A stretch of DNA of 64,000 nucleotides from an uncultured Solirubrobacteraceae bacterium (GCA_963806395.1 CAWDYI010000005.1:242288-306287), one strand, 5' to 3'. Shown: positions 9,542 to 19,659, numbered from the stretch's first letter. Notes: generated by a model from the letters alone, not told the origin. Numbers and translations: made by a program.

Positions 9542-10166
9542 CCCCGGGCACCAGCAGACCGGTCTCGTACGCCATCGCCACCGCCGCCGCGCGGTCGTTG
9601 ACGCCGAGCTTGGCGTAGATGTGCAGCAGATGGGTCTTGACCGTGGCCTCGCTGATGAAGAGCTGGGCGGCGGCGTCGCGGTTCGTGGCTCCGCGCGCGA
9701 TCAGCCGCAGGACGTCGAGCTCGCGCGCGCTCAGCGGCTCCTCGGCCGGCCCGCGGACCTGGCCGACGAGCCGCGTCGCGACCGACGGCGAGAGCACGGA
9801 CTCGCCCGCCGCCGCGGCGCGGACCGCGCGGATGAGCTCGTCGCGCGGCGCGTCCTTGAGCAGGAAGCCGGTCGCGCCGGCCTCGATCGCCGGCAGCACG
9901 TCGGCGTCGTCGTCGTACGTGGTGAGCACGAGGACGCGGATCTCGGGCAGCCGCTTCGCCAGCTCGCGGATCGCGGTCACGCCGTCGCCGCCCGGCATCC
10001 GCAGGTCCATGAGCACGACGTCGGGCCGGCGCGTCTCGGCCAGCGCCACGGCGCGCGGGCCGTCGGCCGCCTCGCCGAGCACCTCGAACTCGTCGTCGCC
10101 GGTGAACAGCGCACGCAGGCCGTCGCGCACGACCGGGTGGTCGTCGACGATCAGCAGCGAGATCAC
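9510..10166 (-). CDS. NarL/FixJ (LuxR-type HTH) response regulator
   Basis: 218 aa from GTG 10166 (GTGA overlap with the kinase stop). Receiver: LLIVDDHPVVRDGL ... VVLMDLRMPGGDG. HTH: LSARELDVLRLIARGATNRDAAAQLFISEATVKTHLLHIYAKLGV. The 3' end overlaps convergent ispH by 32 nt. Confidence 0.9.
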   Translation of the reverse strand: MISLLIVDDHPVVRDGLRALFTGDDEFEVLGEAADGPRAVALAETRRPDVVLMDLRMPGGDGVTAIRELAKRLPEIRVLVLTTYDDDADVLPAIEAGATGFLLKDAPRDELIRAVRAAAAGESVLSPSVATRLVGQVRGPAEEPLSARELDVLRLIARGATNRDAAAQLFISEATVKTHLLHIYAKLGVNDRAAAVAMAYETGLLVPGASRPGPPSAA

Positions 10167-11299
10167 GCGGCCTCCTGCGCCGGCACGGTCGCGCAGACGG
10201 CGGTACCCGCTCCCGGCTCGGACTCGATCACGAGCCGCCCGTCGAGCCCCAGCACCCGCCGGCGCATCTCGGTGAGCCCGAAGCCCGCGCTGCCGTTGGG
10301 CGTGAAGCCGACCCCGTCGTCGCGCACGTCGAGCGTCACGACGTCCTCCATGTAGGAGAGCGTCAGGCCGACGCGCGCGGCCTGCGCGTGGCGGCCGACG
10401 TTGGCCAGCGCCTCCTGCGCCGTGCGCAACAGCGTGACCTCGACGTCGGGGTGCATCGGCCGCGCGGTGCCGGTGGTCACGACCTCGGCCTCGACGCCGT
10501 GAATGGCCGACCAGCGGCGCGCGACGTCGGCGATCGCGTCGGGCAGCCGGGCGCCCTCGAGCGCCTGCGGGCCGACGGCGCGGACCGAGCGGCGCGCCTC
10601 GCTCAGGCTCTCGCGCGCGAGCTGGGCCGCGGTGTCGAGGTGGCGGCGCCAGTCGCCGCCGCGGCCGTGCGCGTGCTCGAGCGCCTCGAGCTGGGCGACG
10701 ATCCCGGTCAGCCCCTGGGCCAGCGTGTCGTGGATCTCGCCCGCCATCCGGCGGCGCTCCTCCTGGATGCCGGCCTCGCGCGCGAGCTTGTCGTTCTCGG
10801 CCAGCGCCGCCTTGAGCTGGCGGTTGCGCCCGTCGATCGCCTTGCCGTAGGCCATCAGCGCACTGCCGACCGTGATGTTGACGGCCACGACGCCGAGCCA
10901 CGCGTAGACGGGCGTGCTGTCGGGGAGCGGGACGCCGCCGACCTGCGACGTGCCCATCCAGAACGCCGTCCACACCACGCCGACGTACATCCAGCGGCCC
11001 GGGTAGGCGTCGGCGGCGAGGTAGCCGCTGATCGCGAAGAAGCCGAACAGCGGGTTGTGGACGACGAGCACGCCGATCAGGACGAGCAGGCCGGTGTAGT
11101 GCACGACCGGCGCCCCGTGGCGCTGGGTCAGCGCCAGCCAGGCCAGCGTGACCGCGGCGAGCGCCACCGTCACCCGCCAGTCGTCGTCCATCAGCCCGAT
11201 CGCGAAGCCGGTCGACGCGACGAGCATGAAGTACGGGATCGCGCGGTAGGCCGTGCCTTCGCGGCGCTCCCAGGCGTCGAGGTCGTTGACGTTGCTCAT
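10163..11299 (-). CDS. sensor histidine kinase (HisKA_3 / DesK-NarX type)
   Basis: 378 aa from ATG 11299 (ATGA overlap with the permease stop). It has about 5 TM helices, the H-box EERRRMAGEIHDTLAQGL and the ATPase segment VRDDGVGF ... GFGLTEMRRRV. Confidence 0.9.
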   Translation of the reverse strand: MSNVNDLDAWERREGTAYRAIPYFMLVASTGFAIGLMDDDWRVTVALAAVTLAWLALTQRHGAPVVHYTGLLVLIGVLVVHNPLFGFFAISGYLAADAYPGRWMYVGVVWTAFWMGTSQVGGVPLPDSTPVYAWLGVVAVNITVGSALMAYGKAIDGRNRQLKAALAENDKLAREAGIQEERRRMAGEIHDTLAQGLTGIVAQLEALEHAHGRGGDWRRHLDTAAQLARESLSEARRSVRAVGPQALEGARLPDAIADVARRWSAIHGVEAEVVTTGTARPMHPDVEVTLLRTAQEALANVGRHAQAARVGLTLSYMEDVVTLDVRDDGVGFTPNGSAGFGLTEMRRRVLGLDGRLVIESEPGAGTAVCATVPAQEAA

Positions 11300-12026
11300 T
11301 CCCAGCGGAAGATCCGCGCCGCCGTCCCGCCGGCGCACGCGGTCACGACAGCCATCACGGCGAGCGCGATCAGCTCCGGCGAGCTGCCGGTCCACGCTGC
11401 CTCCAAGGATTCGCGGAAGGCGCCGAGCGGGGTGAAGTCGCCGATGCGGCTCAGAGTAGACGGCATCTGCTCCTTCGGAAGCCAGATCCCGGCGAAGAAC
11501 AGCGACGGGAAGAAGAACACCGCGCCGAGCACGTAGGCCATCGGCGCGTCGCGGGCCACGGCGGCGATCAGCAGCCCGAGCGAGAACAGCGACGACGCGC
11601 CGAGCACGAGCACGAGCACGAGGCCGGGCACGTTCTCCGGCATCGCCATCCCGAGCACCGCGGCGCCGAGCAGCAGCGTGAGCAGCACGGCGGCGACGGC
11701 GACTACGAGGTTGATGGCCAGGTGCGCGACGAGCACGGCGGCGGGGGAGACGGGCGTCGTCGATAGTCGCCGCAGCACGCCGCGCACGCGGTACTCGGTC
11801 AGGAACGCCGGCAGCATGTACGCGCCGAGCATCGCGAACGAGAGCGAGAGCGAGAGCGAGGGGAGCACGGTGTCGAGCGGCACCTGGCCGCCGAAGTCCT
11901 CGCTCGGCCTGCTGCTGTCCTCCGGCAGGCCGAAGACGAGCAGCAGCACGAGCGGCAGCGCGAGCGCGAACGGCAGCACCATCGCGTCGCGCAGGTACAG
12001 CCGCGCCTCCATCAGCCCGAGCGCCC

Positions 12027-12030
<4 letters not shown>
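11296..12030 (-). CDS. ABC-2 type transporter permease
   Basis: 244 aa from ATG 12030 (ATGA overlap with the ATPase stop). It has six hydrophobic segments and is the last part of track ORF 11296..13305. Confidence 0.8.
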
Positions 12031-12929
<899 letters not shown>

Positions 12930-12976
12930 GCGGCGCAGTGTGGGCCGGCCGCCGTGCTCTCACATCGCCCGGGCGG

Positions 12977-14122
12977 CTACACCGCATCAACCGATCGGCT
13001 GAGCCACGCCCGGATCTCGTCCCCGTGCTCGTCCAACGCCGGCGGCGGCCGGCGGACCGGCGGGCGCTCGCCGTCGAACCGCAGCGGCGGCGTGGCGAGC
13101 GGGATGCCGTGGCTCGAGTCGACCGGCTCCATGCCGAGCTCGGCGGCCAGCCCGAACGCCTCGTCGACGCGGTTGATCGGGCCGACCGGCACGCTGGCCG
13201 CGCGCAGGACGGCGACCCAGTGGTCGGCCGGGCGGGTGCGGAACACGCCGTTGAACAGGTCGGCGAGCGCGTCGACGTTCGCCACCCGCGCTTCATTGGT
13301 GGCAAAGCGCGGGTCCGCCGGCAGCGCGGCCAGCCCGATCGCCTCGCACAGCCGCGCGAACAGCCGATCGTTGCCGGCGGCGAGCGCGAACGGGCGGTCT
13401 GACGCCTCGTAGGTCTCGTACGGGACGATGCTCGGATGGCGGTTGCCGCGGCGCGACGGCACGACGCCGCCCGACACCCACGCCGAGCCCTGGTTGATCA
13501 GCGCCACCAGCGCGGAGTCCATCAGCGAGACCTCCACGTGGCGTCCGCGGCCGGTGCGCTCGCGCTCGGCCAGGGCGGCCTGGATGCCCGTCACCGCAAG
13601 CAGCCCGCAGACGAGGTCGATCAGCGCCGCGCCCGCCTTCAGCGGGCGCCCATCCGGCTCGCCGGTGACGCTCATCAGGCCGCCCATCGCCTGCAGCAGG
13701 AAGTCGTAGCCGGGCAGCCCGGCGGCCTGCTCGCTCGTCCCGAACGCGGTGACCGAGCACGACACCAGCCGGGGGTTGGCGGCCCGCAGCGTGTCGCCGT
13801 CGAGCCCCCAGGACGCCATCAGGCCGGGCCGGAACGACTCGATCAGCACGTCGGCGCGCTCTCCGAGCCGGCGTCCCAGCTCGCGGTCACCGGGGTCCAA
13901 GAGATCGAGCGCCACGGAGCGCTTGTTGCGGTTCAGCCCGAGGTAGTAGGTGCTCTCCCCGTCCCGCCACGGCGGCCCCCACGCGCGGGTGTCGTCGCCT
14001 GCACCGGGGCGCTCGACCTTGATCACGTCGGCGCCGAGGTCGCCGAGCAGCATCGACGCGTACGGGCCGGCGAGGACGCGCGAGAAGTCGGCGATGATCA
14101 GTCCATCGAGCGGAGTGCTCAT
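12977..14122 (-). CDS. family III CoA-transferase (CaiB/BaiF)
   Basis: 381 aa from ATG 14122, inside track ORF 12977..14392. Supporting segments: LDGLIIADFSRVLAGPYASMLLGDLGADVIKVERPGAGDDTR and GNRHPSIVPYETY. Confidence 0.88.
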   Translation of the reverse strand: MSTPLDGLIIADFSRVLAGPYASMLLGDLGADVIKVERPGAGDDTRAWGPPWRDGESTYYLGLNRNKRSVALDLLDPGDRELGRRLGERADVLIESFRPGLMASWGLDGDTLRAANPRLVSCSVTAFGTSEQAAGLPGYDFLLQAMGGLMSVTGEPDGRPLKAGAALIDLVCGLLAVTGIQAALAERERTGRGRHVEVSLMDSALVALINQGSAWVSGGVVPSRRGNRHPSIVPYETYEASDRPFALAAGNDRLFARLCEAIGLAALPADPRFATNEARVANVDALADLFNGVFRTRPADHWVAVLRAASVPVGPINRVDEAFGLAAELGMEPVDSSHGIPLATPPLRFDGERPPVRRPPPALDEHGDEIRAWLSRSVDAV

Positions 14123-14144
14123 GCGGGCCGCCACACTACGACCC

Positions 14145-15257
14145 GTGCGGACGCTGGTGATCTCCGACCTGCACGTCGGCGCGAACACGCGCGCGGACCT
14201 GCTGCGCCGCGCCGAGCTGCGCGAGCCGCTGCTCGAGGCCGTGCGCGGCGTCGACCGGCTCGTGATCCTCGGTGACGCGCTCGAGCTGCGCGACGGGCCG
14301 CAGCGCGCCGCGCTGGAGCTCGCCGGCCCGCTGTTCGCCGACCTCGGGCGCGCGCTGGGCCGCGATCGCGAGCTGCTGCTGCTTGCCGGCAATCACGACC
14401 ACGGGCTGGTGGCGGGCTGGATCGACGGCCGGCTGATGACCGAGCCGGCCGGCTTCCTGGGACTCGAGCAGCGCTTCGAGCCGCGCGACGCCGGCCCGCT
14501 GGCCGCCGCGCTCGCCGAGCATGCCGCGCCCGCGCGCGTGCAGATCGCCTATCCCGGCGTATGGCTGCGGGACGACGTGTACGCGATCCACGGCCACTAC
14601 TCCGACATCCACACCACGGTGCCGACGTTCGAGCGGCTCGCCGCCGGGGCGATGGCGCGCTGGGTCGCGCCGCTCCCGCCCGACGGCGCCACGCCGGACG
14701 ACTACGAGGCGGCACTGTCGCCGCTCTATGCCTGGATCCACGCGCTCACCCAGCGGTCCGGCCAGACGCTCGTGAGCAAGGGCACCGGCGCCTCCTCGCG
14801 CGCGTGGGTGGCGATGGGCGGCCGCGGGCGCCGCACCCGCCCGCTGCGCACCGCGGCGCTCGGCGCCGGCTTCGCGGCGGCGGTCGCCGCCATCAACCGG
14901 ATCGGCCTCGGCCCGGTCGACCGCGACCTGACCGGCGCCGGCCTGCGGCGCGGCTACCTGCGCGGCTTCGGCGAGGTGGTGCGCCGGCTCGGCGTCGGCG
15001 CCCCGCACGTGGTGTGGGGACACTCGCATCGCTCCGGCCCATGGCCGGGCGACGACCTGACGGAGTGGACCAGCCACGCCGGCGGCCGGATCCACAACAC
15101 CGGCTCATGGGTCTACCAGCCGCACTTCCTCACACCCGAGCCGAACGGCACGCCCTACTGGCCGGGCACCGCGGTGCTCATCGAGGAGAGCGGACCGCCG
15201 GAGCTTGTACGGCTCCTGGGCGACCGGGGTCACGCGGAGCTTCGACACCCGGGGTGA
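14145..15257 (+). CDS. metallophosphoesterase
   Basis: VRTLVISDLHVG ... ILGDALE ... AGNHDH ... IHGHYSD ... WGHSH are the calcineurin-like phosphoesterase motifs. I prefer GTG 14145. An in-frame ATG at 14121 would interlock with the divergent CoA-transferase ATG (CATG). Confidence 0.8.
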   Translation: MRTLVISDLHVGANTRADLLRRAELREPLLEAVRGVDRLVILGDALELRDGPQRAALELAGPLFADLGRALGRDRELLLLAGNHDHGLVAGWIDGRLMTEPAGFLGLEQRFEPRDAGPLAAALAEHAAPARVQIAYPGVWLRDDVYAIHGHYSDIHTTVPTFERLAAGAMARWVAPLPPDGATPDDYEAALSPLYAWIHALTQRSGQTLVSKGTGASSRAWVAMGGRGRRTRPLRTAALGAGFAAAVAAINRIGLGPVDRDLTGAGLRRGYLRGFGEVVRRLGVGAPHVVWGHSHRSGPWPGDDLTEWTSHAGGRIHNTGSWVYQPHFLTPEPNGTPYWPGTAVLIEESGPPELVRLLGDRGHAELRHPG

Positions 15258-15990
15258 AGCAGGTCGCGTGGCAGGTCACGCCGGCGCCGACCCGCAGGTC
15301 GAGCACGGCGGCCGTGTGATGCGGGTGCGAGACGAGCTCGAAGCACCCAGGGTCGCTGACGGCGAGCGTGCGGTCGCCCGCGATCACCTCACCCGTCCCC
15401 TCGAGCACCGCCCACACGCCGCCGGCCTCGTAGGGGCCGTTGTAGGCGCCCGGCTGGTCCTCGGTCTGGGCGGGCAGGAGCCGCCCCGGCTCGTCCTCCG
15501 GCCGTACCGGCGGGACGAGGTCCTGCTCGATCCCGAGCAGCTCCTGGATCTCGCGCTCGGTCTCGTCGTACGCGCCCTCGCCGTAGTGCATCGAGAGCAG
15601 CATCCCGCGCGAGTCCCACAGGTAGCGCGCGGGCCAGCCTTCGTTCCCGTACAGGTCCCACAGCTCCAGCTGCGTGTCGATCACGACCGGGTACGGCACC
15701 TCGAGCCGCTCGACCGCGCGGCGGACGTTCGCTTCGTCGCGCGCCGGCAGGAAGCCGCCGGCGTGGACACCGATCACCCGCAGCTCCGGGTAGCGCTCGT
15801 GCCACGCCTTCAGGTACGGCATCGTGCGCAGCGAGTTCACGCGGCAGAAGTCCCAGAACTCGATCAGGACGGGCCGGCCGCGCTGCTGGTCCATCCGCAG
15901 CGGCGCCACGTTGATCCACGGAAGTCCGCGCGGGAACGGCGGCGCCGGGATCGTGTCGGGCTGGGCGCGCACCGGCGGCCACGGTAGCAT
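15178..15990 (-). CDS. thioredoxin-fold protein with C-terminal beta-sandwich (DipZ C-terminal-like)
   Basis: 270 aa from ATG 15990. GRPVLIEFWDFCRVNSLRTMPYLKAWHERYPELRVIGVHAGGF is followed by a beta-rich tail ending ...CHATCFTPG plus a 25-aa extension. It overlaps the convergent phosphoesterase by 80 nt. Confidence 0.7.
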   Translation of the reverse strand: MLPWPPVRAQPDTIPAPPFPRGLPWINVAPLRMDQQRGRPVLIEFWDFCRVNSLRTMPYLKAWHERYPELRVIGVHAGGFLPARDEANVRRAVERLEVPYPVVIDTQLELWDLYGNEGWPARYLWDSRGMLLSMHYGEGAYDETEREIQELLGIEQDLVPPVRPEDEPGRLLPAQTEDQPGAYNGPYEAGGVWAVLEGTGEVIAGDRTLAVSDPGCFELVSHPHHTAAVLDLRVGAGVTCHATCFTPGVEAPRDPGRPGAVQAPAVRSPR

Positions 15991-16009
15991 CGCGATCGGC
16001 TCGGAACCA

Positions 16010-16648
16010 ATGCCCCAGGAGGGTCGCGTGGACCTGTGGTCTCGGCTTGATGACGTGCGTGTTCGGTGGAACGTCATCGAGCACCCGTTCTACAAGCGGT
16101 GGAGCGCCGGTGAGCTCTCCCGCGAGGATCTCGCCCGCTACGCCGGGCAGTACCGCCACGCCGTGGTCGCGCTCGCACTGGCGGCCGACCGCGCCGCCCG
16201 CGCCGCGTCATCGATCGAGCTGGCGGCTCACGCCGGCGAGGAGGCGGCGCACATCTCGCTGTGGGACGCCTTCGCGCGCGCCGCCGGCACGGATGGCCCG
16301 CAGCAGGCGGAGGCGGAGACGGCCGTCTGCGCGGACGCGTGGGCGGGGGAGGGCAGGGACCTGCTCGGTCACCTCGTCGTTCTGTACGCGATCGAGTCGG
16401 CGCAGCCTGCGATCTCACGCGTGAAGGCCGACGGGCTGCGGGCGCACTACGGCTTCAGCGCCGGGCTCGCCACCGCCTACTTCGACCTGCACGCCGAGCG
16501 CGACGTCGAGCATGCGGCCGAGGGGCGGGAGTTGATCGCGACGCGGCTCGACGGCGCCGACGAGGACGCGCTGGTCGCGGAGGCCGAGCGCGTGCTGGAG
16601 GCGAACTGGACGCTTTTGGACGGTGTGGAGCGGCTCTGCGGCCGCTGA
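16010..16648 (+). CDS. heme-oxygenase-like fold protein (TenA/PqqC family)
   Basis: 212 aa from ATG 16010 (alternative GTG 16028). Supporting segments: HPFYKRWSAGELSREDLARYAGQYRHAV ... HAGEEAAHISLWDAF ... DVEHAAEG. Confidence 0.7.
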   Translation: MPQEGRVDLWSRLDDVRVRWNVIEHPFYKRWSAGELSREDLARYAGQYRHAVVALALAADRAARAASSIELAAHAGEEAAHISLWDAFARAAGTDGPQQAEAETAVCADAWAGEGRDLLGHLVVLYAIESAQPAISRVKADGLRAHYGFSAGLATAYFDLHAERDVEHAAEGRELIATRLDGADEDALVAEAERVLEANWTLLDGVERLCGR

Positions 16649-16711
16649 AAACGAAACTTCTGTCTCCCGGCGGGGTTGATTCGTCAGTCAAACCTAGTTG
16701 GAGGGTCCCCC

Positions 16712-17449
16712 TTGCGTAAATACCTGATCGTCGCCGTGGCGGCGTTCACCGCCATCGCCTTTGCCGCTGTGTCTTATGCCCAGGGCGCTGATACCGCCAC
16801 GCTGAAGACGTCGATCAAGCCGAACAAGTCGTCCGGCACGAAGAAGAAGCCGAAGAGCGTCACGCTCGATCTCAACATCGTCAACGGCAACACCTCGCGC
16901 ACGATGTCCGAGCTGGACGTCTTCCTGCCGAAGAAGATCAAGGTCAGCCTCAAGGGCCTGCCGAAGTGCGCGCCCGACGTGATCTTCGCTCGCGGCTGCC
17001 CGAAGTCCGCCGAGCTCGGTCACGGTGACGCGAAGGCGAAGGTCGGCGTCAACGGCCCGCCGGCCAACATCCGCGACCTCACGTTCGAGGTCACCGCCTT
17101 CAAGACGAACAGCCCCGTCGACGGCCACGAGATGCTCGGCTTCTTCATCGACGACGGCGGCACGCTGCAGTTCCTTACGGAGACGACGCTCAGCAGGGCC
17201 TCCGGCAAGTACGGCCAGAAGCTGAACATCGAGGTCCCGGAGCTCGCCCAGCACGTCGGCGCGACGTACAACGGCCTCGTGTCGCTGCACACCACGCTCG
17301 GCAAGAAGAAGGGCAAGAACGCCCTCATGGGGTCCGTCGGCTGCAAGAAGAAGAAGCATCCGTTCAAGGTCGATCTGACCTTCATCGACAACACGATCAC
17401 GCCCGCGGGCAAGATCTCGAAGACCTCTACCGCGAAGTGCAAGGCGTAG
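16712..17449 (+). CDS. secreted Lys-rich protein of unknown function
   Basis: TTG 16712 lies 7 nt after a GGAGGG RBS. Signal peptide LRKYLIVAVAAFTAIAFAAVSYAQG. There are many KK runs and 6 Cys. The local DNA is visibly less GC-rich than the flanks. Confidence 0.7.
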   Translation: MRKYLIVAVAAFTAIAFAAVSYAQGADTATLKTSIKPNKSSGTKKKPKSVTLDLNIVNGNTSRTMSELDVFLPKKIKVSLKGLPKCAPDVIFARGCPKSAELGHGDAKAKVGVNGPPANIRDLTFEVTAFKTNSPVDGHEMLGFFIDDGGTLQFLTETTLSRASGKYGQKLNIEVPELAQHVGATYNGLVSLHTTLGKKKGKNALMGSVGCKKKKHPFKVDLTFIDNTITPAGKISKTSTAKCKA

Positions 17450-17513
17450 CGTAGAAATCGGTTTCGCCCGCCCGTCCTCGCAAGCTCGGACAGCGTGCGA
17501 CGTTAGATCTCGG

Positions 17514-17547
17514 AGGCCCCGCCATCGGCGGGGCCTTCGTCGTTCTT
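17514..17547 (+). terminator. intrinsic terminator-like hairpin
   Basis: GGCCCCGCC-ATC-GGCGGGGCC (17515-17535) followed by TTCGTCGTTCTT, 65 nt after the stop at 17449. Confidence 0.6.
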
Positions 17548-17561
17548 AGACTCTCCCGCCA

Positions 17562-18920
17562 GTGACCGTCTTCGCACACGGGATCGTCGGGCGGGCAGAT
17601 CTCCCGATCCCGGTCGAGCTGTTCGTCGTCGGCGCGGCGGTCGTGCTCGTGCTGTCGTTCCTCGCGCTCGCGGCCGGCTGGTCGCGCCCGCGGCTCGAGC
17701 GTGTGCCGGAGCTGGCGCTCGTGCGCATCCCGCTCGCCGTCGAGGTGCTGCTCGGTGCCGCCGGCGTCGGCGCCTTCGCGGTCACGGTCTACGCGGGTAT
17801 CGCGGGGACGACCAACCAGGGGGAGAACCTCGCGCCGTGGGCGGTATACGTCGCGTTCTGGATCGGCGTCCCGTTCGCGACGCTGCTCTTCGGCGACGTG
17901 TTCCGGCTGCTGAGCCCGTGGCGGGCCGTCGGCCGCCTCACCGGCTGGGTCGCGGTGCGTGTGGCCGGCGACGGGCTGCCGGAGCCCTTGCCGTACCCCG
18001 ACCGGCTCGGCCACTGGCCGGCCGCAGCCGGGATCCTCGCCTTCACCATCTGCGAGCTGACCTGGGCGGCGGCGACGGACCCCGCGCCACTCGCCGTGCT
18101 GATGCTCGTGTACATGGCGATCCAGCTCGTGGGAATGAGCCTGTACGGCGTCGAGCCGTGGACACGCCGCGGCGACGCGTTCGGCGTGTGGTTCGGGCTG
18201 CTGGCGCTGCTGGCACCCGTCGGCCGTCGGCCGGACGGGCGGCTGGTGCTGCGGCCGCCCGCCATCTCGGCGACGCGGCTCGCGGCGGTGACCGGCACGA
18301 CCGCCCTGCTGCTGGTGGCGATCGGCTCGACCGGCTTCGACGGCGCCAAGGAGGGCCCGCTGTTCAACGACATCGTCACCGACCTCCAGGACGCCTTCAC
18401 GGGCCTCGGCGCCTCGAAGGGCTTCGGGCTCGAGCTCGCGTTCGTGGTGGGGCTGGCGATCTCGATCGCCGCCGTCGCGGCGATCTGGACCGCCGGCGTG
18501 TTCGGGATGCCGCGGGCGGGCCTGCGGCTGACGCGCCGTGAGCTCGGGCGGCGGTTCGTGCACACGCTGATCCCGATCGCCGCCGCGTACCTCGTCGCGC
18601 ACTACTTCTCCGCGCTCGCCTACAACGGCCAGGACCTGGTGCGGCTCGCCTCCGACCCGCTCGGCGACGGCTCGGACCTGTTCGGCGGCGCCGACGCGCG
18701 GATCGACTACTCGGTCGTCTCGGCGTCGGCGATCTGGTACGTGCAGGTGGCGGCGCTCGTGCTCGGCCATGTGGCCGCGCTGGTGCTCGCGCACGACCGT
18801 GCGCTCGTCGTGTACGGCAGCCCGCGCGCGGCCACGCGGTCGCAGGTCGTCATGCTCATCGTGATGGTCATGTTCACGACACTCGGCCTCTGGCTGCTCT
18901 CCGAGGCGCTGAACCTGTGA
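17562..18920 (+). CDS. polytopic membrane protein of unknown function
   Basis: 452 aa with at least 10 hydrophobic helices. N-terminus MTVFAHGIVGRADLPIP. Codons are GC3-rich. Confidence 0.75.
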   Translation: MTVFAHGIVGRADLPIPVELFVVGAAVVLVLSFLALAAGWSRPRLERVPELALVRIPLAVEVLLGAAGVGAFAVTVYAGIAGTTNQGENLAPWAVYVAFWIGVPFATLLFGDVFRLLSPWRAVGRLTGWVAVRVAGDGLPEPLPYPDRLGHWPAAAGILAFTICELTWAAATDPAPLAVLMLVYMAIQLVGMSLYGVEPWTRRGDAFGVWFGLLALLAPVGRRPDGRLVLRPPAISATRLAAVTGTTALLLVAIGSTGFDGAKEGPLFNDIVTDLQDAFTGLGASKGFGLELAFVVGLAISIAAVAAIWTAGVFGMPRAGLRLTRRELGRRFVHTLIPIAAAYLVAHYFSALAYNGQDLVRLASDPLGDGSDLFGGADARIDYSVVSASAIWYVQVAALVLGHVAALVLAHDRALVVYGSPRAATRSQVVMLIVMVMFTTLGLWLLSEALNL

Positions 18921-19039
18921 CCGTGTTCGCGCACGCCGGGCACGTGCTCGTGGACATGCTCTACGCCGTCCCGCTGCTGGTGATGATCGCGCTCCTGCTC
19001 GTCGGCAAGGTGCGTGAGCGCCGCAACCGCAGGGAGTAG
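18917..19039 (+). CDS. small membrane protein (40 aa), not in ORF track
   Basis: The GTG at 18917 overlaps the upstream TGA (GTGA). Hand translation: VTVFAHAGHVLVDMLYAVPLLVMIALLLVGKVRERRNRRE-stop. It has one TM helix plus a basic tail, and its N-terminus echoes the upstream gene (TVFAH). Confidence 0.5.
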   Translation: MTVFAHAGHVLVDMLYAVPLLVMIALLLVGKVRERRNRRE

Positions 19040-19093
19040 TACACCCGTCCGGGCAGGTTTGCGCGGGTCAGGCCGGGGTACTCGCCGAACAGG

Positions 19094-19288
19094 ATGAGAA
19101 ACGCCCAGCGCCATGACGAGCTCTTCACGATCTGGAGTGCTGCACGCGCCGAGGCCAACCTCGCCTATGCCGCGTGGTGCGACATGCCAGGACCCAACGC
19201 CTACAGCGTCTACCGGGCCGCGGAGGACCGGGCGGATGCTGCCGAGCAGGCGTTGACATGCGCCGCCCGCCCACTGCTCACCGTCTGA
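19094..19288 (+). CDS. small helical protein, paralog 1
   Basis: 64 aa: ...WSAARAEANLAYAAWCDMPGPNAYSVYRAAEDRADAAEQAL. It aligns with the next gene. Confidence 0.5.
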   Translation: MRNAQRHDELFTIWSAARAEANLAYAAWCDMPGPNAYSVYRAAEDRADAAEQALTCAARPLLTV

Positions 19289-19401
19289 CCCGGGACGCAT
19301 ACCTACTGACGCCCTGGTGCGTCAGCAAGGCAACCGCAGGGCACGCCGATGCGTACAAGGGGGTGCCGAGCGGGAATCCCCGTCCGGCGGAGGAACAAGC
19401 G

Positions 19402-19659
19402 ATGAGCAGCCACGAGCTCAAGGACCTGCTGGACCAGGTCGCCGACACGCGCGAGATCGTCCTTCGACGGCCGCTCACGTGGAGCGCCGACTACGACGCC
19501 TGGGGCGACGCGCGCGATGCCGCGCTCGAGGCGTACCACCGGTGGCACGCGATGCAGACCGCCGAGTCCTACGCCGTCTACCGCGCCGCCCAGGACCGCG
19601 AGGACGCCGCGCAGGACACGCTCGCTCAGACCCAGATGTCGCGCACGAGCGTCTCGTAG
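19402..19659 (+). CDS. small helical protein, paralog 2
   Basis: 85 aa from ATG 19402, after a GGCGGAGGAA RBS: ...WGDARDAALEAYHRWHAMQTAESYAVYRAAQDREDAAQDTL. GC3 is very high. Only the last part of track ORF 19174..19659 is used. Confidence 0.65.
   Translation: MSSHELKDLLDQVADTREIVLRRPLTWSADYDAWGDARDAALEAYHRWHAMQTAESYAVYRAAQDREDAAQDTLAQTQMSRTSVS

Noticed and set aside
14121-14144. ATG 14121 as the phosphoesterase start, interlocked with the CoA-transferase ATG (CATG)
   Set aside because: It is possible, but the family normally begins right at the (M/V)RTLVISDLH strand. GTG 14145 is preferred, and the ambiguity is stated in the feature entry.
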